This document shows, piece by piece, positions 1 to 12,632 of a stretch of DNA of 64,000 nt. Source of the DNA: Phoronis australis (Eukaryota > Animalia > Phoronida). Below the pieces are notes generated by a model. It ran no database searches and was not told where the DNA came from. It worked only from the letters and a program-made list of their open reading frames with translations. The stretch is from NCBI GenBank assembly GCA_002633005.1, contig NMRA01000037.1, forward strand, positions 1,358,872-1,422,871, in the 5' to 3' direction. Position numbers and translations under genes: made by a program. Each line of letters starts with the position of its first letter. Position 1 is the stretch's first letter.

Positions 1-950
1 TACAAAGGATGATTTCTCGGAAAGTTAAGGCTGTCAGGAGTGCATGCAGGACTAAGAAGTGATGTTCTAAGAACAGTGAATTGTAGAGAAGGAAGTCTGG
101 TGTGTGAAAAGAAATCACGGTTTAGAAATATAAATGAAAAAGACAATGACAGAACGAAGCTGTCAATCAGAAGTTGAAGGAGTGATCAGAAGAGTTGTAG
201 TGAAAGAAGTCTGATGTCTGAAAGCAAATGTTATGCGAAATCACGATTGATAAATATGAAATGAGAAAGAAAATAACAGAAAGGTCAGTCAGAAGTTGAA
301 GGAGTGATCAGATGTTCCATGACTAGTTGTTAATAATGGAGATAGATTTCATTAAATTATACAGAGCAGTATTGACATATATAAGGACAGATGACGAGAC
401 AAATTTTGGGATAAATTTTAGAATCACTAAGTTGTGAAAGTACAAGAATATGGAAATTGAAGGTTTGAAATAGTTTTGAAAATGGCTGTCTTAAACCTCA
501 CGCACATTTGCCAGACATTTTGTACAAAATCATTGTTCCGTGTAGGGCTTAGTGAAAGGTTTATTGCATTCAGCTCAAGCAATCAGCAATCTGTTTTTAG
601 GAACAATGTTTCTTGAAAAGCAACAAGATATATTTCAAAAACATTGTTCCATCTCAGACATGACGTTTTTCGTCAAATGCTGAATTTGAACATTTCCTGG
701 AATGCAATAGTCACAAATTGGAGAGTGTTACATACATGAAGTCACATGGATATGACAATATCATCATATTAATTCATACGACCGATTGTTCGTTTGCACG
801 AACACTTTATGGCACTCTCGCTCAATTTGGCACCAAATGTTTGGTTTTATGAAGATGAACCAAACATTTTAGCCTCAACACTAAACCAAAGCCTGTCTCT
901 CTCGAATATTTGTTTTCCAAATGACGTATAAAATGTCGTGACAGAGTATG

Positions 951-3950
951 TTAGGTGATAGCCACAGCCCAGTTTTACACAGGAAGTTTGACAGTTTAAG
1001 TGAGAGATTGAAAATGGAAGTTCAGCACCAGTTGGGAAACTTAAAGCCTTGTCGTGTTATAGGAGACTTACATTAGCTGTGAGGGCACTCCAAAGTAGAA
1101 TGTGAATGGGAACAATGTTGGAATAGTAGAGTGAGTATTTGGTTTTAATTTTTTTTTAGTGAGATGAAGTGTGAGACAGAAGATCACGGCAATGACGGGG
1201 ATTCACAACAAGAGAAACAGAATGTCATAACGTGACAAAACATGCAATATGTCACATCGGTCTTTGAAAAGAAGGTGAATGCAGAAATGGTGTTAAATGA
1301 ATGTCTGTTGTGTTTTTAAAGTGTCCATGTACTCCCGACAGAGCATGAGATATATGCGAACACTCAAGCAGATATGCTGCCATTAAGAAATAAAAAAAAA
1401 CAATCGGAATGTTGAATGTGTGGAGATCAAGTCAGTCCATCAGGAATGCAAAAAGTGCTTATTTTCTTTGCAAAGTTGTACAAGGAAGCTAATTTGGTAG
1501 TTTTATTGCAGCACCATGTGAAGATTTTAATTAGAAGTTTGAGGGAAACAATTCGATGTCTTATCAATGAGAAACGGGCGATGATGAACCAAAGCTGTGC
1601 AATAGAGATATAAAAAAAGAAAAACTTTAGTAGGTGGAATTCTCAAATAATAGACTAGATGCAGTTTTTACAGGTGGCAGTTGTGAGGTGAAGTAGGTTG
1701 TGGAGCATCAGGAGAATGGCCATGATTCATCACCAAACAATGAGGAAGTCGTAACCAAAGAAAGACTTCCATTATTCCAAATGATTATTTGTTTTTCGAA
1801 TTACTTACAAATTGCCACGTCATTGTACGTTAGGTGATAGCAAAAGTACAGTGTCACACAGGAAATTTGGAGGTTTAAGTGAAAGATTGAAGATAGAATT
1901 TGGGAGTCAGTTGGGAAACTACGACTCTTGTCACGTTAACAGGAGCCTTAGAATTGCGTGGGAGATCAGCTAAGTAGAATATGAAAATGTACAATATTTG
2001 ATATGTAGGTAAGTTTTTTTAAGTAATACTTGTGAGATGAAGTGTGTGATGGAGTATCACCACATGATGAGGATTCGATACCATCAGGGAGACAGAATGC
2101 CACGATGATACAAAACATGCAGTATGGTACACCGGTGAGTATAAAGAAGAAACTGATGGAAAATAAACGTCTGTCATATTTTTATAATGTGCATGCCAAC
2201 TGACAGACAAGGATATTTGTGGACAAGTATATAAGCGACATCATTAACAAGACGAACGCGGAGCCTTGAAATACGCCCACGAATGCATCGCAAATGGTGT
2301 GGTTTTAGGGGGTTTTGTTTGTATCATTGAAATGGCCACTAGATGGCGCAAAATACGTCGAATCCGTCTGAAAACCACAAAATGTCGCCGTTTTTTAAAA
2401 GAAAGCAATTTATCAAATTTCATTAAAATTCGTCCAGGAACTTCAGAGAAACAAAGGAAAACAAAAAAAAATGAAATTGCCACTAGTGGGACACAGTGTT
2501 CGTCAGATCCGTCTAAAAGTCGTCATCTTCTCTATTTAACTTCATATAAATACACATGCTAAATTTAATAAAGATCCTGCAGAGGGCTTAGGGGATACAG
2601 GTATGGGTGCAAAATAATGCCACTAGTAGGCACCACAGAACTCGAAGTCGTCGGAAAATCATCAACCATCCCCTTCATCATGATAGAAAGAACATACATG
2701 CCAACTTTCACAATCATCCTTATAGTGGTTGACGGACGCCAAGAACAGACTCGAAAACAACAAAAATGGCCACTAGGTGGCACAAACTACGAATCCATCC
2801 GAAAACGGGAGGATAGCGTCATCTCACTATTAGACGTCTATGTGCCAAATTTTATGGAAATCCGTTGCGGACTTTCTAAGATACAGAGGTAAACGTAAAA
2901 AACTATTTAAAACTGCCACTAGGGGGCACACTGGTACACCAATATGTCCGAAAGTCGTCGTCGTTCGTTGTCAACTTCATATAAATAGGCTAAATTTAAT
3001 AAAGATCCTGTAGAACGTTAAGGAGATACACCCATGGGCGCAAAAACAGACAAAACTGCCACTAGGAGGCGCCACAGTAGTCGAAGTCGTGGGAAAATCA
3101 TCCTCAACTGTCTTCCTCATAGTAAGAACATACATGCAAATTTACCACAATCATCCTTAAAGTGGTTTGGTTGCTAGAGGGGCGGACGCCAAAAAATGAC
3201 TCAAAAACATTAAAAATTGCCACTAGATGGCGCAAAATGCCTCGATTCCTTCCGAAAATGAGAGGATAGCGTCAACTCATTAATAGATGCCTATGTGCCT
3301 AATTTAACGAAAATCGGTTGAGGACCTTTGAAGATACAGCGGCAAACGTAAAAAAACTAAAATTGCCACTAGGAGTATTTGGGTCTGTCCGAAACTCGTC
3401 GCCCTCTGTTGTCAACACCATAGGAACACACTTGCAAAATTTCAATAAGATCCTGCAAGGGGCTTAGGAGATGCGGACGCCGGATGCCCGGACAGAGATG
3501 ACGGCAATATGCGACCACATATAAATATGTGGGCGCATAAAAATGGCGATTGAGCAATCGGGACATTGAATTTGTGTAAAGTCAGTCCATCAGGGGTGCA
3601 AAGCATTGTCATAACGTTTGCATAGATGTGCAATGAACTGATATGGAAATTTTATTGAAGCATTAAGGTTTTAGTATGAAGTTGGAGCACATGATTTGTT
3701 GCCAACTAAAAATGGGCTCTTATTAACAGAAACCCTGAAATCGATTGGGAGACAACTAAAGCCTGAGAATTTAGAATTCCGACAGACTAGAATGAATGCC
3801 TTTAAAAGGTGGCACTTGTGAGATGAGTTGAGTGGCGGAGCATCATAAGAATGGCCATGATTAACTGCCAAGTATACCCTAGAACATTCTAATGTGACAA
3901 AAACCTGCCGCAGTTTTACAGTCACAACAGTTAATCATACAAGACAGTTC
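951..3950. repeat. Degenerate ~880-bp tandem duplication; the second unit is split by the Helentron-type insertion at 2245-3544
   Basis: TTAGGTGATAGC...CACAGGAA.TTTG...AGTTGGGAAACT occurs at ~951 and ~1831. AAGTCAGTCCATCAGG occurs at ~1429 and ~3579. GGAGCATCA...AGAATGGCCATGATT occurs at ~1702 and ~3837. Confidence 0.65.
2245..3544. mobile_element. Non-autonomous Helentron-associated (HINE/DINE-1/pearl-like) element with 8 internal ~146-bp tandem units
   Basis: Subterminal inverted motif TACGCCCAC (~2272) / GTGGGCGCA (~3529) and a terminal stem CCACAT...ATGTGG followed by CATAAAAAT. GCCACTAG recurs at 2335, 2479, 2619, 2769, 2915, 3058, 3219 and 3365. Both ends match the short copy at 11886-12183. 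Confidence 0.7.
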
Positions 3951-5099
3951 CGTGATATAAAATTGTGTTCTATGTTCTTCAGATGCGCGTGACATGTTCA
4001 CTGACAGTTGCTTTGGATGTCGACTTAACATGCGACAAAAATACAATTAAGCATGTGATCAATGTCAATGAAATGGCCACACTACATGGTCATATTAAAT
4101 CATGCGACCGATAGTTCATATATAAACAATACTTGGCATTCTCATTCAGTTTGATTGGTAAACGTTCCACGCAGACAATGTCTGTAGAGACCATTGTTTT
4201 GAAAATTTTCTGATTGTGTTAGTCTATAGCAACTAAGTAATACTGGCTTGAAATGAAATGAACTGAAGGTTGTCATTAAGCATATTTACAGGTTGTCGTT
4301 GTGAAATAGTGGAAGAACGAGGTTCAGCACTGAAGGCGGGAACATTGGTTCTTGCAAGGGGTGTCATGGTGTGAGGGGGGTGATGACAAGTGCATTTCAT
4401 GTGTTTGGAATGTTCTAGAAACAAAAAATAAAATTGCTAGTAAGGAGTGCGGGACTATATGTTTTATTTTTGCCAAGAAATTGTGTCTTTGATTAGGTAG
4501 TTCACCCCCATTGTAAATTTGTAAATCTAGCAATTGAGCAAAATTCGCAAAAGTTCGGATCTCCCATTAAAAGAATCCTATGTTGACAATCTCACCGGTC
4601 AGATTGGGCAACTCGACCGGTTTGCGTACCTCGAAATTTGCCAGCATTGATCAAAGACACTATGCTGTTCTTTTTAATTGCATCGTCTCAGGATGATGAT
4701 GTTAAGATTTTCTCTACTGAGATAATCAGACCAATCATAAACACTGAAAGTGACAACGGTATTCTTAATTTTTTTTGAAAGTTTTTAAATAGCACATTTA
4801 AACAGTTTTTGCAAAGTACACGTGATTAGCTTTTTGAATTTTGAAATGTGACTTTGACAAACCAAAACTCTTGTAAAACCTTGTTATATTATGCTCGTCA
4901 TCAATTCTATTGGGTGCGCAACATAATTGGGTAAATTACCAAACCACCAGCCAGAGTTGTATTATGAGGTAGGCTGACTCATTGATGCAAATGTGCTTGT
5001 GGAAACTTGTTTTGCCATACGCATGTATGCTGTAGGGCACATTAGGCTCATCATTTGAAGGACTTACCAAACCATTCTGCAGAGAATCAACCACCAAGT

Positions 5100-6960
5100 C
5101 TCCCGGGTTTTTGGTTCATCTCGTTTCATTTTTCAATTTTCTCGTCAATCTTCGCAAAATTGTAGTTCATCTTCAAAGCACTTGTTGAGTAAAAGCAACC
5201 ACGCAGATTAGAACACAAAGACAGTTTCACTCATGGTTACCATGAAGGGCCCCCACGGAAACAGTGTGAACTGATGGGGCTACCCTCATTGTAAATATTA
5301 CATGAGTAATAATAATAATAAGTCCTCTTATCTGGTTTGTCACACCTCATCTCATAATTTTACGTCAAGCTTATGAAGACCACCAGCTACTCTACGTTAC
5401 TCTCATTCAGTAAAAACAATGTCGCAGATTAAATACAAAACGAACAGATTAACTAAGTGCGCTTTCTTCGATCTCCACATCAGTCTCATGTCTGATCTTA
5501 ATCATCTACACAATTTTACTTCGTACACTGGTGGTCAATCGATAGCAACTTTCCCTATTGCAGAAATGACCCTATGTACCTTTTAAAGCACTAAATAGAA
5601 TGTTGTCCTCTCCAACTCCATTTCTTCGCACGCCCTCTCAAATCTCGTCAAAATTTCGCATTGAGCTTCGAAGCTTGATAGACAATCTGTAAAACACCTG
5701 ATCCTCAAAACAGGCAGGTTGTCATTATTACAAATGGCACAAAACAATATTCAATACATTATCATTGTAAACATACCTCCCGCTCTACATTGTAGTCCCC
5801 GCGCGTCATCTCCCGTGACTTCAGCACTCTTCAATTCATGTAAGCATCTGAAGACTGACGGCAATCTGTACAACACTTACACAGCAAAGAAAAAACAGTG
5901 ACGCAGGTTAGCATTTAATTTAAAATACATAGCAAACAATTGAATTCAATTATGAAAATAAAAACAGCATCCTTTCCGTTTCTGTCTCATCCTTCATCAT
6001 CTACATGTTCGAAAAATCATTTGAACCTTTAAAGACTATAGCAGCAGATTCGTTGCAAAACACCAGACAGCTCGGTAAAAACAATGATGCATTTTATCTG
6101 TTAAGATACAGTAATGCTTGTCGAAATGTAACGGTTTTAAAAATGCTTTCCCCTTCCCCGTCTTATGATATGTAGGTTATCTTACAGGACAAGTTCACGT
6201 CTAGCTTGAAAGACTGAAAATCAATTTAGAAAAATTCCGACAGCGACACAGCGAAATTATCAAATGAAGCACAGAACAAGTCGTCAATACATTAAAATTG
6301 TTCAAACCTCTTCGTCTACGTAGGCTTTTCTTCGCACTTCATCTCAAAGGTCATCGAAATTCGAAGCTGAACTTCAAAGTTGGTATCCAATCTGTAAAAC
6401 ACATGTTAAGCAAAAATAACGATTAAAACTGTCAGCGATTTTCCTCTGTATAATTCTTGTCAGTCTCGTGAAACAGCATAGACTCAGTCACAATCATCGG
6501 GAGACTGATGGCCAATCCGAAAAACACTTGCTGACTAAAAACATTGATGTCACATTTGAAACAAACAACTCAATTCAGTCTTAGAATGTTTAACACGTAA
6601 TCCTTGCCATTTCTGTCTCGCAATCCCAAACAGCTACAGAAGTTCATGTCAAGCTTTCAAAGTTGAATTAAGACTAGTAGAAATTCTACAAAACGCTGGC
6701 TCATTGAAAACAGTAGTGCATTTTATTTTTTAAGATACAAAACGATACATAAAACTTTACAAGTGTCTCCCTCTCTTCTTCTACCTCACGGCAATTATCA
6801 CGTCAAGCGCCCTCAAAGCCTGGTGGCAGCTCAGCACAACTTTAGACCAAGCTTCTTAAAACTGACAGCCCTTCTGAAAACACTTCTTTAGCAAACGCAA
6901 CGATGCAGGTTTTCTGCTCTTAAAACAAAAAAATCATTATATCTGTCAATATACTGCCCT
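5100..6960. repeat. Old degenerate tandem repeat region
   Basis: Recurring motifs: CAATCTGTAAAACAC (~5683, ~6388), GACTGA.GGC...AACACTT (~5852, ~6503, ~6862), AAAACA.T..TGCATTTTA (~6078, ~6707). Confidence 0.5.
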
Positions 6961-8460
6961 GTCCTCCTCCCTTTCCGAGCGGCATCGTCCCACACCATTT
7001 GAGAAAATGCACATCTTCAAAATTGGTAGCCACTCCAAATTACACCAACTCGAGCAGTACAACGTGGATCGTCGGCTCGTTCGTTTCACTTGATCCCAGT
7101 TGGATTTTCACTTGGGAAATCTGCAAGTACTTGCTATGTTTATACAAAGCATCATTAAATACACAATGTAAAAGTGGTAAATTCATTACGACTGATCTCT
7201 GCACCTTTATCAGGCTGACAGAGGAGTGGCCAATTCTTTTAATTTCACTGCAGATAGGAACAGACCGCTCACGGTCATACGCAATTTCCCTCCCTCGGTC
7301 GAACGTTTCTCCCAAAATCCCGGTCTAACGAAACTTCCCATCTCCCGGTCACACAAAACGTTCAACCATCCTATTCAAGTTCTCCCTGCCCTACCCGGTC
7401 GAGCGTAAATTTTCCGTAGCTGGCCTATTGTAAGCTTGCATCTACTACTCAGCACTTTTAACGTGGCGTGAGCTTTTGGGTTTTCTTAGAAATGCTATTG
7501 TTTATTAGCGTATTCATACATGCACCACTGTCAATGTATGATAACCAAGTAATTCAAGTACTCTTTTCAACGACATTGACGACTGTTATCATTGTACTTG
7601 GCAGTTTCAACTACTTAGATTAAGTTGCCGTTTCAACAGTGACGGTAGTCAATGTTTTACCTGCCTTGGTCACTGAAAGTGAAGTCTCACAGCCCTAACT
7701 GTAGAGACAAAAACGCTTCATATTTTACGGAATGGTCGCGATATTTCCAAACCAACCCCCAAATTCGGAGGAAATTTAATGATTTTTTCCAAAGGGTTTT
7801 CTCCCTTAACCTGTGCTTTGCAACGCAGGCTCATTGTCACATTTGCTCTCTGTCTTTGACTTTGGGTGCCCTCGTGTGCTCTCACATCCGCCTTGCGAGT
7901 TTGCCTGGGATGTACCAGTTTCCAGATAATGCCAGCGACGAGACCTCACAATGGCCTTGGTGGTAGAGAGGCTGACTGGTAGCTGTTAGCGCTTACACCG
8001 ACGTCTTAGGAAAGACAATTGTTGAACGGTGGGTAGTAGAGTACATGAGGGGAAAACCCTCGGACAGCTTCGCAAGATCGGACGATCTCGCCTTCTGCCC
8101 TTGCTGTACTAGGTGTGGACGTGAATCGAGCGGCAGGACCTGGTTGGAAAGCGGCGATCTTCTTCTTGTGGAGGTGAGACGCTGGCTGGATGGCAACAGC
8201 GTCATTGACTTCTTGGGTATGAAGCTGGCTTAATGGCAACAGCTTACATGTTGTTCCAGGTTGTCTTTGTGTTGCCCCGTCGGGGCAGTTTGACTCACAT
8301 GAAGCCGGCTTAATGGCAACAGCTGTCATGCTAGTCCTTGCTTTCTTTATACTGCCCCGTCGGGACAGTTACCATTAGAGCAAGGCCCGAACCCTTGGTG
8401 CTCCTGGTAAATGCTTGTCACTAGAATTCGGTTGTCTTTATACTGCCCCGTCGGGACAGT

Positions 8461-9994
8461 TTACTGTCTGGTCACTAGCCGGAGGATCTGTGAGCCATTC
8501 AGATCTGTCTTGTAGTTGGTGTTGACGGAGTCAAAGATCAACTGGCTGACTTCTTCTTTCTTGAAGTTCAGCCCTAGTTTGCTTATCATTATGCCCACCG
8601 CCAACTCGGTGAGCGTCATAGCCAGTCTGAGGAGCTCTAGGTCGTTTGATGGGCCCTTTGCAGCCTGAGCGTATGATAGATGCTTGGTTTTAGTTGCTGT
8701 TTTGTATTCAGTGTAGTGACTACAGGACCTGTTTTTCGCAGTTAGCACAGGTCGGTGCTTCCTCAAGTTTGTCACAGTCTGAGGACTTGTGGTTATTGCC
8801 ACAGTGATTGCACTTTTCAACCTCGGACTTGCAGACCGAGCTGTAGTGGTCGTACCCTCGGCAATTAAAACATTGTAATACTGTATGTGTTCTATATTTT
8901 TCGGACTTGTGCCTCATTATTCCAATGAAGGCACCGTCTTTGAGCATTTTCTCGTATGTCTCTCTGTCGAGACGGGAGATTTTGACCTTTTGGGTTGGCC
9001 GGGCCAGCCTCCCGATATCAGCCGTTTGGCTGTAAAGCCGTTGCCAAGGGCTTTTTTATGTCCGCGTCTGATAGTGCAGGTGACACGTTCAAGAGGACAA
9101 GCGTGAGGGCACGCGAGTCAGTTTTTCGGTCTACGGGGTTGCGAAACGTGCAACCTTCAAACTGTTTGATAGTGTGTCCCTTTGCCAGGAGGGATATACG
9201 AGACTCCTGGTCCTCGGTGAAGACCAGTAGGTGACCCCGCTTTCTGAAAGTCACCTTTTTAACTTTAAAGCCCGATAGGGCTTTTTGCATTGACCATCCG
9301 TCCCCGCGGAGGGCCGCGGGTGCGGGCGTTACTACGATTGTTGTTTTGGAGACGCCACCCGAGTGGTTACTCTCCGTCTTGCATTTTTGGAGTGACTTAA
9401 GTCCACTCCAATGACTTATCCCCGTCTTGGTCGGGGGTCTTGTTTGGCTGTTTATGCTGTTAATGATGAATGCGAGGCAGTCATTCATCGCCCTGTTCGA
9501 AAGGGCTAGTCCCTGAGCCTGGGGACAGGGTTTCCTCTTTCTTGAGGGTGGCTGTGGGGGCACAGCCGAGGTATTCATGCCCGCCTGCGAGGGCGCAGGG
9601 GGCTTAGCCTTGTCTTTATTCTGCCCCGTCGGGACAGAGGGTTTCTGCGGGGCCGCAGAGAGCTTGGAGGTTGCCACGGTCTGCTTCGTGGCCGAAGCAG
9701 TGGCTTCCACCTGGACTTTGGGTTTCTGCGGGGCCGAAGAGACCTTGGAGGTTGTCCCGGACTCCTTCGAGGCCGAAGCAGTGGTTTCCGTCTGGACGGG
9801 AGGTTTCTGCGCGGCCGCAGAGACCTTGGTGTTTGGCACGGCCTGCTTCGTGGCCGAAGCAGTGGTTCCGTTGCGAACGTTGCGTTCACTGAGGCCAGAG
9901 CTATTATCTCCTCTGCAGTGAGGGCGTCTTGGTTTCGATTGTGCTTTAGACTAAGCAATTGATGGACAAAGTCCTTGATGTCAATGGCAGCCAT
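8461..9994 (-). pseudogene. Frameshifted non-LTR retrotransposon ORF1 (gag-like zinc-knuckle protein, Jockey/I-group type)
   Basis: Pieces join across frames on the minus strand: MAAIDIKDFVHQ (ATG ~9994), three 81-bp/27-aa repeats, ...AKRLISGG..PTQKVKI...KDGAFIGIMRH..., then QCFNCRGYDHYSSVC, CNHCGNNHKSSDC and CANC knuckles, then LSYAQAAK. No endonuclease/RT ORF2 follows. Confidence 0.8.
9630..9870 (-). repeat. 81-bp tandem repeat x3 inside ORF1 (TTASATK...KVSAAPQKP)
   Basis: GCCGAAGCAGTGG recurs at ~9691, ~9772 and ~9853. Confidence 0.85.
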
Positions 9995-10619
9995 GATCTC
10001 TGTAGAATGCGTGCGTCTATCACGAGTGAATCTTTCTGAACACCCAGTGACCACCGAATCACCTAAAACTGACCATGACAATTGTTGAACAGGCTCAGAT
10101 ATAGCCTTTATACCCCGACTGTGACCTTTAGTAACCTTCCGGAGCGGACTGAAAAAATGGCGGTCAGATAGTTGAAAATTCTCGCTTGGAGTGTTTCTTT
10201 CGAACTTTCAATCACAGCATGAGAACTTATCGTCGGCAGTTCCCGAAAATATTCGTATGCATTATTTGGTTCGCGAAAAAATCTAATCAGACTTTAAATC
10301 GTTGGAGTCGTTTTTTTGTAAAAAAATTTGATCAGCATATTCAACATGACGAGATAGCCAACCCCCGGACTCAGCGTTCCGCACATCGCCCAAAACTTAT
10401 ATTTTGTCGGTCAAGTTGTATCTCATGACTCGTGAAAACGTTTCGGCATGACCAAGAATATCCAGCGCAGACAGGAACTGAAGTTGAAAACATAACCACT
10501 GAAAATGACCAGTAGCGGATTGTCGACCAGTTGACTGGCTCGTCTAAGTATCACTGAACTGATATTGCGCGTGCTTGACCTAAGAAGTATCCAAAAGTAT
10601 CTTTGGTCATATTCGCGTA

Positions 10620-10721
10620 GGCTATCTTGAAACGATCTTGAGACAAACTTTCGTCTTATCTTAAAATTTACTGAAATTTAAGTTTTGTCTTAGCTAAGTC
10701 AGTTGTGTTGGAACGGGCCCC
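10620..10721 (-). mobile_element. PIF/Harbinger-like terminal inverted repeat (right end)
   Basis: The reverse complement begins GGGGCCCGTTCC and is flanked by TTA. About 100 bp match the + strand sequence beginning GGGGCTCGTTCC at 20387. Confidence 0.5.
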
Positions 10722-11885
10722 TTATTCATTACTAACAGTTATATATTCGTAACACCGAACTTGTATCGCTCACCGTAAAAATGCAGTCATAGTATTTAAC
10801 GCTATTTGTTGGCTGTCGCCCGCACGCAACCAAGACTCCGCCTTCCATCATATTATTCTTTGTAATAATTGTAACGGTAATCACTGAAACAATGGTAATA
10901 ACATGATTAAACAATGTACTTGCCAACTGAACCGAAAATTTGTGATAGTCTTCGACCTGCATGAGGCAGCAAACCAACCGCAGAATGACGTTTCACCTAC
11001 GGAGATGACGTCGCAGCATACAAAAACGCCAGTCACGATTGGCTGTACATGACTGACGGGTCAACCAGATAAGACTTCGCATTGTTTGGGCGATCAAAGT
11101 CGTTGTCGAGAACTAATCAGTGTTCTCCGGCTGACCCGACTGCTCCGGCGACGTCAGTCAAGGGCAATCATAGTAGATTTGTCGATTTCAAATTTATTTT
11201 AATTTTCATTTGAGAAAAAACAATTATTGTTTAAAACGTATTTTTAGATTAAACCAATTCTATGTAAGGTACTTACTTCCCAGAGATTAAATGTCTAATG
11301 TTCGTACACTATGATGATATTAGTCGTCCATGTTGACACCACTTGAGTCTGACTTCTGTTGACAATACCAGTTTTCGCCATCGACTGGTCTTTAGCGTGA
11401 AACAGTCTTCTATTTCGAATCTTCACCAGTGAAACATTTCTTTTTTAGTTCTTGTTCAAAAGTCACATTTTCGGCTGCATATTGAGGTTATGCAAGATAC
11501 TAGAAATACTTCATAATTTGACGAATTTTTGGAACATCGTGTCTCCGGCAGAAATGGCTGATGGATTGATATGAAACTTCCAGATAAAATGCTGTACATT
11601 CTGTTCTCGGGCAAAACGTTGCTAGGAAACGTTTCTAAACGGCCAACTTTTGCATGAGGAGCTATCAAAATGTAGGACTTATGATTTTTACGAAAAACTC
11701 TCAAGTCGCATCAAACGAAAACGAAATGATATTTTAGAAAACTGTAACACCGTTTTTGAGATTCATCTTTTATAGCAAATTATCATGTTAAAGGCCTCCC
11801 GATACCATTATTTTGCTATCAATGTACCTTTCGTTTTTGTTAAATTTAAATAACATGATGCAATTAATGACTCATTGGTACAAAT

Positions 11886-12183
11886 TAAGCAAGATCAACG
11901 CAGAGCGTTGAAATGCGCCCACGAATGCATCACAAATGGTGTGCTTTTAGAGTTAATTATTTGTATCATAAAAATGGCCAACATTGCCACTAGGAAGCAG
12001 ACCAGTAGTCGGATCCGTCCAAAAGTTCGCTCATGCCCTCCAATCCATGAAAGAAACACATGACTGAAAAATTTCATGAAAATATGTCGAGGCGTTTTTG
12101 GAAATAGAGCAGCGGACGACGGACGGACGGACGGAGATGACGGCATAGTGTCTCCACATGTAAAATTGTGGGAGCATAAAAAT
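11886..12183. mobile_element. Short copy of the same Helentron-type family, with one core unit and a (GACG)n microsatellite
   Basis: CAAGA...TTGAAATGCGCCCACGAATGCATC matches 2248-2290. It contains CGGACGACGGACGGACGGACGG and ends CCACAT...GTGGGAGCATAAAAAT. Confidence 0.7.
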
Positions 12184-12632
12184 CAAGTTTTACAGACGGT
12201 CTGCTTTCAGAAAGTATATACTTTAATGATTTAAAATGTATAGTTTTGTAGATATATGGCTACATGTATATACTAGGACTTGTCAATAGTTAAAGTCTTA
12301 GACAAGCTTAGTATAATTTTTAAAACTCGATATGATATTATTATATTAAATATTATTTTCTGAGACGTGTACAATGTAATAAAATATTAAATACTGTGTT
12401 ACTTAAGTCGTGGTTTTCAAATTGAGTAAAATGGAAGCAAACGCGTTTAGTTTATGCTGAAAAAAGAACTAAAATCAGAGATGAAAAACGACTTGGTAAA
12501 TTGCCCTGTCTAAAAACACACTTGTATCTCACGGTTGCACATGATCTAATTCTAAACTATGCAAAGATTTCGATATGAACGTTAAATTGAACGCGAAAGC
12601 TTTGACACGTCACAACTTTTCTTCTTCAGACC

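Noticed and set aside
2335-3380. Regularly spaced motif arrays (also 40813-41385) as CRISPR-like arrays
   Set aside because: The spacers are homologous to each other and over 100 bp long, the context is eukaryotic, and there are no cas genes.
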